From positions 20,572-84,571 of the forward strand of contig JAFLEF010000018.1 in NCBI GenBank assembly GCA_017309115.1: DNA of 64,000 nucleotides, given 5' to 3'. Within the stretch, counting starts at the first letter, position 1. Each line of letters opens with the position of its first letter. This document shows positions 10,149-19,562 of this stretch, in pieces. The notes under the pieces were generated by a model, which had not been told where the DNA came from, did no database searches, and was given only the letters and a program-made list of their open reading frames with translations. The stretch is from Verrucomicrobiota bacterium. Lineage in GTDB: Bacteria > Verrucomicrobiota > Verrucomicrobiia > Limisphaerales > UBA9464. A program made the translations under genes and the position numbers.

Positions 10149-13100
10149 TTATTGAGTGGCGAGGTCGCCGGGAACTCGTTTGTTGAGGAACTGGGGACTG
10201 GTGACGATGACATCCACAAGGCTGCCAAATCTCCGGCCATTAGCGTCCAACCGGGCCCGCATGTCACGCACTGTGATCTCGTCGGACAGCATCAGGCTCC
10301 GGCCCAGGGCGTAGGCGAGGAGTTTGCGGCACAGGTTGTCGAGGAAGTCCTCCTGCCGGTGCGCGTGGATGTAGGTGCGCAAGCCGGCCACGCCGCTGCC
10401 TTCGCTCCCGTCGGGAAAGACCGCGCGGGTGTCCACCGGATGGCCCGCCAGGTCGAGGGTCCGCGATTCCCCGACGGGCCCAAACCCTTCAAAGACCAAC
10501 CCGAGCGAATCGAACCGTTGATGGCATGAGGCGCAGCTCGGGTCCGCGCGATGCCGGGCCAGCGTCTCGCGCAAGGTCAGCTCGCCCAGCGTCGCCTCGT
10601 CGGCAGGCAGCTCCGGGACCGCGGCGGGCGGCGGTGGAATGCGTTCGCCCAGAATCCGACGGGCGACCCAGTTGCCGCGCTTCACTGGGCTGGTCCGTAG
10701 GCCGGGCGAATTTCCGGTGAGGAAAACGGACATGGGCAGCAGACCGCCGCGCCCGGCCACCCGGGCATCGTCGACCCGCACCCATTGGTTGGATGCGACC
10801 GGCGGAATGGAGAGGCCGTAGTGCCTCGCGAGGACCGGGTTCACAAACGTGTGGCGGCCATCCAGAAACTCGAGCACGGAGCGGTCTGCCTGCACCACGT
10901 CCTCGATGAAACGGACCGGCTCCTCGAACATGGCCTGGCGAAGCGCGTCGTCGAAGCCTGGGAAACGGGCCCGGTCCACGGCGTTGTGTTCCTCAAACCG
11001 GCGGAAATCGAGCCAGTGGCCGCCGAACTCGACGGCCAGGCTGCGGACCCGGTCGTCCTTCAACATCCGGCGGGCCTCGGCAGCGATGACCTTGGGCAGA
11101 TGCAGGTCGCCCGCAGCAGCGCGAGCCAGCAAGGGCTCGTCCGGCAGGCTGGACCACAGGAAATAGCTGAGGCGGCTGGCCAGGGCAGTGTCCGACAAGG
11201 GCAGCGATCCCGGCGGCGCGGCGGACCTTGCTTTCGCCAGGCGGGATGTCCGCGCACCGGGGCCCGGCTGACCACTGCCCGCGGCTTCGACGAGATCGAT
11301 GCGGTAGCAGAAATTTGGCGAAATCAGCACGCTCGCGAGGCAGTCGCGGACCGCCTCGTCATGCGTCAATCCGTCCTGGTTCCGCAAGGCCCGATAAAAC
11401 GCGAGCAGCTCCTCGCGCTCGGGCGCGGTCAGGGGACGGCGGTAGGCCCTCTGCGCGAACTGCATCAGGGCGTCGAGGTGTTTCGGTTCGGCGTCGCGCT
11501 TCAGCGCCTCGGCCCGGCTGATTGCTTCCCATACCCGCTCGAAATGATCCTTAATCGCCGCGAGAACCTGTTCGTTCGCGCCGGTGCGCTTGGCCTTGGC
11601 GTAGTAAAGGTCTGCGAGCTTCTTCACCTTCGCCTCACTGGTGCAATCCCGGTCCTCCGCGCGTGCGAAATCGAACTCCGCATCACTGAGGAATCGCGAA
11701 TCGGTCCGCTCGAAGTACACGGTGCTTTGGTGCATCCGTTGGGGCACCGCCGCGATCATCTCGAACTCGTCCCACAGCCGGTCCAATTCCCGACGTCCCG
11801 TTTCGTCGAGGATCATTTCATAGAGCGGGCCGTCGTCGCGGAAGTAACCGGTCTGGTTGTGCAACCCCGCGCTCAGGAGGCGGCCGACATTGCCGTTGGC
11901 CTTCTCCTCCTCTGGATCCACGAACGTGCGTCCGCGTTCCTTGACATAGAACGCATCGGGGAACACCGCCGCGAAGCGCGTGAACGCCGCCTCATACTGG
12001 ACCCGCAACGCGGGATCCGAGGGAACGAAGAGATCCCGGTCCGCCTCGGGCGCCTTCGCCTTCGTCTTGATCGGGTTGTAGCTGTCTGGCTGTGCTCCCT
12101 TTTCCACCCGGGGCTTGATGACCCCGTCGACCTGCAGTCGTGCCGGGTCGTAGGTCCGCCGGTTCGCCGCCAGTTGCCGGTCCTTCCAGAGCACCAGCGC
12201 CTGCGCGCTCGGATTCAGCCCGGGTGCGGACAAATTGGGAACCTCCGGCCGGATCTTCTCCCTCAGCGTCACCACAAAATTCCGCATCGCCTCGCAGCCA
12301 GGGCGTACCTGTGCGTCCGTCTTCCCACGCTCCGGGGCGGGCAAGGCACGCCACATCTTCTGCAGCGTGGCGAGGGGGCCGACGTCCTCCTTGGCGTTCA
12401 ACGTCTCCCAGACGGTGGCCAAGTATTTTGGGCTGACCTTGGCCTCCACGGCGATGTCCGCCAAGCTGGCGCGACGACGGCCGAGGGCCGCCCGGTTTTG
12501 GAAGCGCCACGCGGCGGCAAAGTAATCCGCATAATCGGTCGGTTGGCGTTGGTAGAAATCGACAATCCGCAACGTGCCGTATTTGTCGCGATCGGTGTGC
12601 ACCATCATCGGATGGCTCGCGAACGCGATGCCGTCCAGATTCAGAACGGCGTGCTGGCTCACCTCCCGGGCGGCCGCCAGATACTTATTCAGCAGCGCGG
12701 GAGACATGGCGAGCGATTCCCCGGAGTTGTCGAACCCTTCCGGGTTGGCGGGGTCGACCGGGAACTCCCGGGTCGGACGCAGGTCCACACCGGTCAGGTC
12801 ACGGATGGAGTAATCATACTCGGCGTTGCTCAACCGGCGGGCCAGCACCGGTCCCGGATCGCCGGCATTCCGCTTCGCCTCGTTCTTTCTGAGCTCCTGG
12901 ATCCACGCAACGACGTCTCGGCGCTGGGCCGGAGTCGGATGCTGCCTCGCCTTCTTGGGGGGCATGTCGCCTTCCTCCAGTCTCTCCAGCACCAGTTCCC
13001 AGCGTGGGAAATCCTGCGCCACGCTCTCCGCGCTGGTGTACGGGCTGAGGTCGAGGTCGCCCTTGGGCGTTTCCTGGCCATGGCACTCCAGGCAGTAGGT

Positions 13101-13232
13101 GCTGACAAAGGGTTGAACTTTGCTCCCGAAACGACGTTCCAGCTCCCGGCCGGCCGCATCCGGTGCCGCCGCGTGGGCCGGATGGACGGCCATCAGGAGG
13201 ACCGCGCTCAGGATGGTGGTGCGGAGAGACAT
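10149..13232 (-). CDS. Large DUF1592/DUF1588/DUF1585/DUF1587/DUF1595-type protein with cytochrome-c-like CxxCH motif
   Basis: 1027 aa with a signal peptide. CLECHG heme-binding-like motif near the N-terminus. The size and the pairing with a DUF1552 gene are typical of the planctomycete/verrucomicrobial PSD families. Confidence 0.7.
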   Translation of the reverse strand: MSLRTTILSAVLLMAVHPAHAAAPDAAGRELERRFGSKVQPFVSTYCLECHGQETPKGDLDLSPYTSAESVAQDFPRWELVLERLEEGDMPPKKARQHPTPAQRRDVVAWIQELRKNEAKRNAGDPGPVLARRLSNAEYDYSIRDLTGVDLRPTREFPVDPANPEGFDNSGESLAMSPALLNKYLAAAREVSQHAVLNLDGIAFASHPMMVHTDRDKYGTLRIVDFYQRQPTDYADYFAAAWRFQNRAALGRRRASLADIAVEAKVSPKYLATVWETLNAKEDVGPLATLQKMWRALPAPERGKTDAQVRPGCEAMRNFVVTLREKIRPEVPNLSAPGLNPSAQALVLWKDRQLAANRRTYDPARLQVDGVIKPRVEKGAQPDSYNPIKTKAKAPEADRDLFVPSDPALRVQYEAAFTRFAAVFPDAFYVKERGRTFVDPEEEKANGNVGRLLSAGLHNQTGYFRDDGPLYEMILDETGRRELDRLWDEFEMIAAVPQRMHQSTVYFERTDSRFLSDAEFDFARAEDRDCTSEAKVKKLADLYYAKAKRTGANEQVLAAIKDHFERVWEAISRAEALKRDAEPKHLDALMQFAQRAYRRPLTAPEREELLAFYRALRNQDGLTHDEAVRDCLASVLISPNFCYRIDLVEAAGSGQPGPGARTSRLAKARSAAPPGSLPLSDTALASRLSYFLWSSLPDEPLLARAAAGDLHLPKVIAAEARRMLKDDRVRSLAVEFGGHWLDFRRFEEHNAVDRARFPGFDDALRQAMFEEPVRFIEDVVQADRSVLEFLDGRHTFVNPVLARHYGLSIPPVASNQWVRVDDARVAGRGGLLPMSVFLTGNSPGLRTSPVKRGNWVARRILGERIPPPPAAVPELPADEATLGELTLRETLARHRADPSCASCHQRFDSLGLVFEGFGPVGESRTLDLAGHPVDTRAVFPDGSEGSGVAGLRTYIHAHRQEDFLDNLCRKLLAYALGRSLMLSDEITVRDMRARLDANGRRFGSLVDVIVTSPQFLNKRVPGDLATQ

Positions 13233-13644
13233 TGCTTCCGTTTATCGGACGTTTGCAGACTCGAGTCGGGCGTCCCGTTGACGTGCCGGTTGCCGTTCCA
13301 TTCGAGTCTTCCTGGAGGGCTGCCCGCAATACAAGCCACAGGCGCACCGGATCCGCACACCTATCCTCAACCCGCGAGACAGCCGGGTCGCCGAACTCCG
13401 GTTGGTCTGCTGGTCCAGATGAACCTGGAGCCCGCAGTCGCACGGCCACGGCAGTATCACCGGCGCCGAGGTGTTTCGGCAGACTCGAGTGGATCGGACT
13501 TCCATGTGCAGGCAATCTTCTCCGCCTGCACCCGCACACGTTGAGGAAGATCAAAGACTCTCACGCCTTCGTCATCAACAGAGCCGTAAAGTTCAGGGAT
13601 CCCCCCGGTTTACCCAGCCGAAGCCCGCTCTGGCGGGCGAAGGC

Positions 13645-13719
13645 TGGAGCCAGCTGTCGGGATTGAACCGACGACCCACGGTTTACAAAACCGTTGCTCT
13701 ACCGCTGAGCTAAGCTGGC
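13645..13719 (-). tRNA. tRNA-Thr (anticodon UGU), CCA encoded
   Basis: Hand-folded cloverleaf on the minus strand: acceptor gccagct/agctggc, D arm gctc-agcggta-gagc, anticodon arm acggt-tTTGTAa-accgt, T arm gtcgg-ttcaatc-ccgac, discriminator t, then CCA. 75 nt. Confidence 0.9.
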
Positions 13720-13897
13720 CCGAACAAAGACGCTCTTTAAATACCGGGGCTGCCGCCAAGAGCAAGCCAGGGGTTGGAATCGATGCCGGTTCTCGCGGTT
13801 CGATCTCGTGATTCAGATAGCCAATGAGGGCGAGGAAACGGGGTGTCGCGAAGGGAGCTCAAAAGGGTGAGGTGACGCCGGGGTTTGTCGGTCCGCA

Positions 13898-13982
13898 TGG
13901 TGCGCACGGCAGGACTTGAACCTGCACGCCTTACGGCACTACCACCTCAAAGTAGCGCGTCTGCCAATTCCGCCACGTGCGC
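13898..13982 (-). tRNA. tRNA-Leu (anticodon GAG), long variable arm, CCA encoded
   Basis: Minus strand: acceptor gcgcacg/cgtgcgc, anticodon arm ctact-ttGAGgt-ggtag, long variable arm (tgccgtaaggcg), T arm gcagg-ttcaagt-cctgc, then a-CCA. 85 nt. Confidence 0.85.
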
Positions 13983-14024
13983 GAACTGCGGGGTGAATTC
14001 AACCGTCACCAACGGAGCTTAAGA

Positions 14025-14101
14025 TGGTCGGGGCGGTGAGAATTGAACTCACGACCTCCTGTACCCGAAACAGGCGCGCTACCAGGCTACGCTACGCCCC
14101 G
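14025..14101 (-). tRNA. tRNA-Pro (anticodon CGG), CCA encoded
   Basis: Minus strand: acceptor cggggcg/cgccccg, anticodon arm cctgt-ttCGGgt-acagg, T arm gtgag-ttcaatt-ctcac, then a-CCA. 77 nt. Confidence 0.9.
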
Positions 14102-14386
14102 AACCAAAAGCGGGCGGAACATGGGAAACGCGCCGGGGTTTGCAAAGACAAATCTCATTCCTTCTAAGGTCAGGCGGCAGGGTGGGAGGCCGGCATAGAC
14201 CGGAGGTTGCGCCCGGAATCCGCAAGTTCGGGCGGGTTTCCTCGGTTTCCCGATTGAACCGACAGCCCGCGAGCGGTGCCGACGGCGTCGCGAAAATTGT
14301 GAATCCATTCCGGCGACGCCAGCGAATACCTCGGTGACAGCCGCTTCGGCTGAACAAAAAAACGAACCAAGAAAGCCAAGTAGACA

Positions 14387-14968
14387 ATGAAACTTCCGAA
14401 ATCGATTCTCGCCTCCCTGCTCGTGCCCGCGCTGCTCACCAGTTTGAGCGCCGGCGATTGCCTGACCAAGGTCGGCAACAAAACCACCGCGACCACCGCC
14501 AACATCGTCGAGGTCGCCGTGGGTGCCGGACAATTCAAGACCCTGGCCGCCGCCCTGACCGCCGCGGATCTGGTGGCCGTCCTCCAAACCAGCGGCCCCT
14601 TCACCGTGTTCGCCCCGACCGATGCCGCGTTCGCCAAACTGCCGCCGGGAACGGTCGAATCCCTGCTCAAGCCAGAGAACAAGGCGAAGCTGCAGGCCGT
14701 GCTCAAATATCACGTGGTGGCAGGCCGGGTGACGGCTCCCGAAGCCTTGACCGCCGGCCATGCCAAGACCCTCGAAGGTCAACCGGTCACGATCACCCTC
14801 AACGACGGACGCCTGCAGATCAATCAGGCCAACGTCGTGAAGAATGACGTTCCGGCGTCCAACGGAGTGATTCACATCATTGACACTGTGCTGCTGCCGC
14901 CGGCCGACCAGGCGAAGCAAAAGAAGTCTTCCGGGCAGCATGGTTCGGCGGTCGCTCAGGCTTACTGA
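14387..14968 (+). CDS. Fasciclin (FAS1) domain-containing secreted protein
   Basis: Signal peptide, then NIVEVAVGAGQFKTLAAALTAADLVAVLQTSGPFTVFAPTDAAFAKLP ... NGVIHIIDTVLLP, which are the canonical FAS1 H1/H2 motifs. Confidence 0.9.
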   Translation: MKLPKSILASLLVPALLTSLSAGDCLTKVGNKTTATTANIVEVAVGAGQFKTLAAALTAADLVAVLQTSGPFTVFAPTDAAFAKLPPGTVESLLKPENKAKLQAVLKYHVVAGRVTAPEALTAGHAKTLEGQPVTITLNDGRLQINQANVVKNDVPASNGVIHIIDTVLLPPADQAKQKKSSGQHGSAVAQAY

Positions 14969-15080
14969 CCGTTCGGAAGGCCCAGTGCTGCCAAATAGCT
15001 TAGAGCTGAGAGAAAAAGGCAGGGGTCATCCGCAGATTCGCCGATTAACACCGATTTTTTTGGTCAGCAGAACTAGGTCG

Positions 15081-15108
15081 GGAACGTGTTGGTCGCAACC
15101 GGGCGTAC
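15081..15108 (+). promoter_or_regulatory. Candidate ECF-type promoter (GGAAC - spacer - CGT) upstream of the sigma/anti-sigma operon
   Basis: GGAAC at 15081-15085 and CGTA at 15104-15107, about 50 nt upstream of the ORF start at 15154. The AAC-to-CGT spacing is 18 nt, slightly longer than the usual 16-17. This is pattern matching only. Confidence 0.2.
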
Positions 15109-15153
15109 CTGCCGGGGCCCGTGTTGCGCCACAAGCAATCGGAGAAAATCTGA

Positions 15154-15849
15154 GTGAATCTGCGGATCGACCCTCTCTCCACCTCGGACCTACCAGCGGG
15201 CTGGGGAGTCTGGGGTATCCGATCCAGCAACGCGGGTGCCCCGCTCAGGCCACAACTGTCGGTTGCGGAAACTGTGACTAAAGGTACCGATTCGGCCTTT
15301 GTGAACGAGCCTCTCCTGCTTCCGCGTGTCGCCGCTGGCGAACGTGCGGCCATGGAGCAGTGCCTAGCTCGCTTCGCGCCTCTGGTCTGGTCGGCCGCCC
15401 GTCGGTTTCTGGGTTCATCCCCGGAAGCGGAGGATACCGTGCAGGAAATTTTCATTGAGCTATGGCGAAAGGCGGATCGCTACGAGCCCGCCTTGGGCTC
15501 GGAGACGACCTTCGTGATGACCCTGGCTCGCCGGCGTTTGCTGGATGTCCGGCGCCGTTGGTCCCGACGTCCCGAGCTGACGCCGTTGGAGGAGATTGAG
15601 GAACCGGCGGCGGAGGCTGCGGAAGGCTCGGCGGCCGATGACGAATCGGCCCAGGCTCTGGCGGTCCTGCGGGCGTTGCCAAAGGAACAGCAACAGGTAC
15701 TGGAATTGTCGTTACGAGACGGCTGCACGCATTCCGAGATTGCCTCGCAGCTGGCTCTTCCTCTTGGCACTGTAAAAACCCAACTTCGCCGCGGATTGCT
15801 GCGAATTCGTCAAGCGCTGGGCGTGAGTCCGGCAGAGGCCCGACCGTGA
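15154..15849 (+). CDS. ECF sigma factor (sigma-70 family)
   Basis: EAEDTVQEIFIELWRKADRYEP (region 2) and LPKEQQQVLELSLRDGCTHSEIASQLALPLGTVKTQLRRGL (region 4 HTH). The ORF opens with GTG. The first 60 or so codons are low-information, so the true start may be further in. Confidence 0.85.
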   Translation: MNLRIDPLSTSDLPAGWGVWGIRSSNAGAPLRPQLSVAETVTKGTDSAFVNEPLLLPRVAAGERAAMEQCLARFAPLVWSAARRFLGSSPEAEDTVQEIFIELWRKADRYEPALGSETTFVMTLARRRLLDVRRRWSRRPELTPLEEIEEPAAEAAEGSAADDESAQALAVLRALPKEQQQVLELSLRDGCTHSEIASQLALPLGTVKTQLRRGLLRIRQALGVSPAEARP

Positions 15850-16562
15850 ATCCGAATCTTCCAGACGATCATCTTCAGCCGCTCGTTGACCGGGTGACGG
15901 AAGGGGTGGATCCCGCGGCGGAGGCAGCGTCGTTGGAACGCGTGGCAGCGGCGACGACGGTGGGTCTGCTGCGGGAACGGGGTCTCGACGCCTTGCCGCC
16001 GGGACTGGCCCAGCGGTTGCAGGCCGACATCGATGGATTTGTGCAGACCGATCGGAAGGTGGTTCGCCCGCAGTTCGGTCCGAGCGTGATGACGTGGACG
16101 GGGTGGCTGGCGGCGGCGGCGTGTGTGGCCTGGATGCTGTTCTTTGGGCCAGCGCATCCTGGACTTCAACCGAAAGCCCAACCCCAGGAACTGGCGCGCC
16201 AGTTGGGAGCGGATCCCGACGTGCTGCGGGTCGCGTTCGGACCGGGAACGGCGGGAGAGGGCGGGGAGGTGCTCTGGAGCAACCGCCGACAGGAAGGCGT
16301 ACTGACCTTGCGGGGGATTCGGCCGAACGATCCGAAGCGTGAGCAGTATCAGCTGTGGATTGTGGATCCGAAACGGGACGCCAAGTTCCCGGTGGACGGG
16401 GGTGTTTTCGACGTGACCTCGGCGGATGGCACCGTGGTGATTCCCGTGGATGCCAAGCTACCGATCTTGGAGCCGACGGCCTTTGTGATCACCCGGGAAC
16501 AACCCGGCGGCGTGGTGAAGTCGCAGGCGGAGAAGCCGGTGTTGGTGGCCTCGGTGAAGTGA
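15846..16562 (+). CDS. Anti-sigma factor, RskA-like C-terminal domain
   Basis: 4-nt overlap with the sigma gene. One central TM helix (WTGWLAAAACVAWMLFF). C-terminal YQLWIVDPKRDAKFPVDGGVFDV...TAFVITREQPGGV resembles the anti-sigma-K RskA extracytoplasmic domain. Confidence 0.7.
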   Translation: MNPNLPDDHLQPLVDRVTEGVDPAAEAASLERVAAATTVGLLRERGLDALPPGLAQRLQADIDGFVQTDRKVVRPQFGPSVMTWTGWLAAAACVAWMLFFGPAHPGLQPKAQPQELARQLGADPDVLRVAFGPGTAGEGGEVLWSNRRQEGVLTLRGIRPNDPKREQYQLWIVDPKRDAKFPVDGGVFDVTSADGTVVIPVDAKLPILEPTAFVITREQPGGVVKSQAEKPVLVASVK

Positions 16563-16642
16563 ACAGGGCCGCTCGCGCCTTCCAGCGCTGGTTTACGGGC
16601 AACGGGTCGCTGGGTGCGGATCTTCCCTGGGAGGCGCAGCCG

Positions 16643-17644
16643 TTAGCTCGCGACTCCGATGAGGGATCCCTCTTCTTGTTCCCACTCCTGCACCAGTTGG
16701 CGAATCGTCAGTGGGGCGCAGCCCTCCAGTTTGTTGCCAATGTAGGCAAACAAAGGAACGCCTCGCCGGCGCGCCTCGCGAAAGAGGTTCAGGATTTCGG
16801 TGCGGACTTCCGGGAACGGTTCGCGAATCTGATCGAAGGGATGCATCTGCCGGTCGCGCAGATCGTACACCGTCCCAGGTCGCGTCAGGAGGCGGGCTCC
16901 CGCGAACGGAGCGGTCCAGCACTTGGGCTGGGCGAGTTGGCGGGCGAGGGAAGTGCCGGCGGACCATTGGTTGAAGAGATACGCGACGCCGTGGGCGGCC
17001 AACAGATCGAAGAAGTCAGGATGCAGGAAGCTGCGGTTGCGAACTTCCACGCCGTAGTTCCAGCCACCGGGCAGATCACTGAGGAAACCGTCCAGCGCCG
17101 TGGCAAAGTCCCGGCCACGGGCAAACTCGAGTGGAGAAAAGCGGGAGAACTCAAACATCACCAGCCCCACGGAAGTTCGGAAGGGTTCCAAGGGGCCGAG
17201 AAAGTTCCTTCGAAAGAGTTCGGCATTGAGAAAGTTCGGATTTGGCTGTCCCGCCAGTTCTCCATGCCGAGGCAACAGGGGATATCGCTTCACGGTCAGG
17301 TGATCGGTGACTTTGAAGGAAAAACGAAAGTGAGCCGGAACCAGCGGCACCAACCCCTGCAGCAACTTCTCAGTGGGAAACGTGTAATAGGTAGCATCCA
17401 CGCCGACGGTCGGGAAAACGGCGGCGTATTCCTCCAGGCACTGCTGCTGAAAACGGGCGTCCGAGAGTTTGCCCCGAGTCTGATAACGCTTCTCGGTATA
17501 GAGACCCCCGAGCCAGCCCTCATACTTCCAGGACGACGTGCCCAGGTGAATTCCCTGCCGGGACAGTGCCGAAAGCCGCCGGCCGAGGTCGGCCGGCCAA
17601 CTTTCCTCCGGCGGAACCAGGAAGCCGGTAAATCCGTCGTGCAT
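16643..17644 (-). CDS. DUF72 domain-containing protein
   Basis: GTSSWKYEGWLGGLYTEK near the N-terminus, a TIM-barrel-like length of 333 aa and the overall pattern are typical of DUF72/UPF0759. Confidence 0.75.
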   Translation of the reverse strand: MHDGFTGFLVPPEESWPADLGRRLSALSRQGIHLGTSSWKYEGWLGGLYTEKRYQTRGKLSDARFQQQCLEEYAAVFPTVGVDATYYTFPTEKLLQGLVPLVPAHFRFSFKVTDHLTVKRYPLLPRHGELAGQPNPNFLNAELFRRNFLGPLEPFRTSVGLVMFEFSRFSPLEFARGRDFATALDGFLSDLPGGWNYGVEVRNRSFLHPDFFDLLAAHGVAYLFNQWSAGTSLARQLAQPKCWTAPFAGARLLTRPGTVYDLRDRQMHPFDQIREPFPEVRTEILNLFREARRRGVPLFAYIGNKLEGCAPLTIRQLVQEWEQEEGSLIGVAS

Positions 17645-17659
17645 CCCAGGGGTGGTCGC

Positions 17660-18610
17660 TTACGGCTTCGTCGTTTGGGGCTGTTTCGCGCGCAGGGAAC
17701 GTTGGAGGTCACGGATCACCCGGTAGCCGATGCGTTGGACTTTTTCCCGTTCCAGGAGTTCCCGAATCTCGGGATCGGTGGTGAAGGCCTCGAACTCCGC
17801 GCTGCGCACCGCCCAACTGCCGGTAATGGACTTGAGCTCGTCTGTCGGCAATCCGGCGTGGATGTAGATCTCGGTAACCCCCGGCTTCAGTTCCTTCAGT
17901 CGCTTCTTCCAAAACTCCTTCACGCTGGCCGCACCGTCGTACTTCATGTCGTGCACGAAATCGTCGGTGAAGAGCGTGCCATCGGCGGCGAAGCGGGCGC
18001 GCCACTGCGACTGGCCGGCGGCATCGAAGGTGGCTTGGGAGGCCATCCGAACCGGTAGATCAAACTCCACCGCCAGTTGCCGGTACATTTCGAGATAGGC
18101 GGGATGATACTGCAGCGTGCCCATGTGGGAATCGAGATGGGTGACGTCGATCCCGGCGGCCAGCGCTTTGCGAATCTGGGCGCGGGATTCAATCAGGGCC
18201 TCCTGCGGAGTTCCCTTGGCGTACACCTGGGGCACCTCGTGCCAGAAGTAACCGTCGGGATCGATCAATCCGGGAACCTCATTCCGCGAGGCCACCGGTC
18301 CCCATCGATAGGTGTTCCATTCTGAGGTTTGCACCAAGTGCAGACCAAAGTCGCGTTGCGGATTGGCCTTCGCGTAAGTGGCGATTTCGGGGAACCACGG
18401 ACACGGCACCATGATCGTGGCACTGGTCATCAGGCCTTCTTCGAGTGAACGGATGGTGGCCTGATTGGCGGTGTGACACATGCCGGTGTCGTCGCCGTTG
18501 ACGATGAGGAGCTTCGCTGTTGGCGGATAGCCCAGTCGTTCCGCCAGGGATTGAGCCTGGGAAGGCAGCATCAGAAGCACGGGGAGAACCAGAACGCAGA
18601 GTCGGAGCAC
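17660..18610 (-). CDS. ChbG/HpnK (YdjC-like) family carbohydrate deacetylase, secreted
   Basis: Signal peptide, then LIVNGDDTGMCHTANQATIRSLEEGLMTSATIMVPCPWF and HLDSHMG motifs of the YdjC family. Confidence 0.75.
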   Translation of the reverse strand: MLRLCVLVLPVLLMLPSQAQSLAERLGYPPTAKLLIVNGDDTGMCHTANQATIRSLEEGLMTSATIMVPCPWFPEIATYAKANPQRDFGLHLVQTSEWNTYRWGPVASRNEVPGLIDPDGYFWHEVPQVYAKGTPQEALIESRAQIRKALAAGIDVTHLDSHMGTLQYHPAYLEMYRQLAVEFDLPVRMASQATFDAAGQSQWRARFAADGTLFTDDFVHDMKYDGAASVKEFWKKRLKELKPGVTEIYIHAGLPTDELKSITGSWAVRSAEFEAFTTDPEIRELLEREKVQRIGYRVIRDLQRSLRAKQPQTTKP

Positions 18611-18674
18611 GCCTCGGGAATAGCCGGTTTCGCCATTCGTTCAATCGAACAAATGGTCCGCCACGACGGCGGGG

Positions 18675-19562
18675 CTATTCCGAATGGCGACGAACGGCCA
18701 AGGCGCGCCAGATCAGGGCGGGATTATCGGTGATGATTCCATCAACGCCCGCCGCCAACAGGGCGTCGGCCACCGGCGCCTCGTTGATCGTGTAAACCCA
18801 GACCTTCAGTCCGCGCTCATGGGCGGCTTGGATGGAAGCGGCGTCCACCTGACGATTCCACACGGCCACCTGGGCGCCGAGGGACTTGATCTCGTCGAGC
18901 CACGCGGGCGTCAGCGCCTTCTCGGCATCGGTCAACTTCTTCCCGGACCGCGACCCCGGCGGACCAAGTGCGCCCAGCACCTGCTCGGTGTCGAGGCGGC
19001 GATAGTCGCGCAGATAATCCCAATCAAACGACTGCACCACCACGCGATTCACCAGGCCTTCCTTGCGGAGCAGTTCGACACACGCCGCGGCGTCTCCTCC
19101 CTTGCGTTCAATCAAGGTCACGGAGCCGCGTTGAATCACGGCCATAGCTTCGGACAGCGTGGACAATCGGGCCTGGGGATAGCTCGGTTGAAATCCGATT
19201 CCGGCCTGGAGGCTCCTGAGCTCGGCCAGCGTCCGGTCCGCCACGCGAAGGTTCTGTCCGCCCCAGCGATTCGTGGCGTCGGTGGTGCGATCGAGCGTGG
19301 AGTCGTGAATGACGATCAACTGGCCGTCGCGGGAGTGATGGTAGTCGAGTTCGATCAGGTCCGCGCCGGCGGCCAAGGCGCGTTCGAAGGCGGGCAGGGT
19401 GTTTTCGGGCGCCACCGCCGAGTAGCCGCGATGGGCAATCACCACCGGACGCGAACTCTGAAGCAGGTTCCAGGCGGGAAGGTTCGTGGCGGCAAAGGAA
19501 CTCATAGCGAAGCAGGTACTCAGGCCGAGCCACAGGGCAGGGCGGAACATCAGTGGATTCAT
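18675..19562 (-). CDS. Glycerophosphodiester phosphodiesterase family protein
   Basis: VIAHRGYSAVAPENTLPAFERALAAGADLIELDYHHSRDGQLIVIHDSTLDRTT is the GDPD signature. I moved the start to M47 of the track ORF (MNPLMFRPALWLGLSTCFAMSSFAA, a signal peptide). That ATG overlaps the upstream stop as ATGA (19559-19562). Confidence 0.85.
   Translation of the reverse strand: MNPLMFRPALWLGLSTCFAMSSFAATNLPAWNLLQSSRPVVIAHRGYSAVAPENTLPAFERALAAGADLIELDYHHSRDGQLIVIHDSTLDRTTDATNRWGGQNLRVADRTLAELRSLQAGIGFQPSYPQARLSTLSEAMAVIQRGSVTLIERKGGDAAACVELLRKEGLVNRVVVQSFDWDYLRDYRRLDTEQVLGALGPPGSRSGKKLTDAEKALTPAWLDEIKSLGAQVAVWNRQVDAASIQAAHERGLKVWVYTINEAPVADALLAAGVDGIITDNPALIWRALAVRRHSE

Noticed and set aside
10785-13544. 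919-aa plus-strand ORF, the longest in that region
   Set aside because: It runs antisense to the 1027-aa DUF1592-type gene. Its translation is Arg/Gly/Pro/Leu-rich with no motif, as expected for a stop-poor antisense frame in high-GC DNA. The minus-strand product has a signal peptide, a CxxCH motif and family-typical architecture.
13163-13713. ORFs of 80-246 aa around the tRNA cluster (for example 12814-13554 minus, 13163-13666 plus, 13471-13713 plus)
   Set aside because: They overlap the DUF1592-type gene end or the tRNA-Thr gene and have noise-like composition. No support as coding sequence.
13645-14101. Prophage or integrative element at the tRNA cluster
   Set aside because: There is no integrase, excisionase, phage-like gene or duplicated tRNA 3' segment within several kb on either side. 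The neighbours are a fasciclin gene and a PVC-typical DUF1592 gene.
16355-18058. 567-aa plus-strand ORF spanning two minus-strand genes
   Set aside because: It crosses the boundary between the DUF72 and YdjC-like genes, both of which have clear family motifs. Its own sequence is low-complexity (G/R/E/A-rich). It is an antisense artefact.
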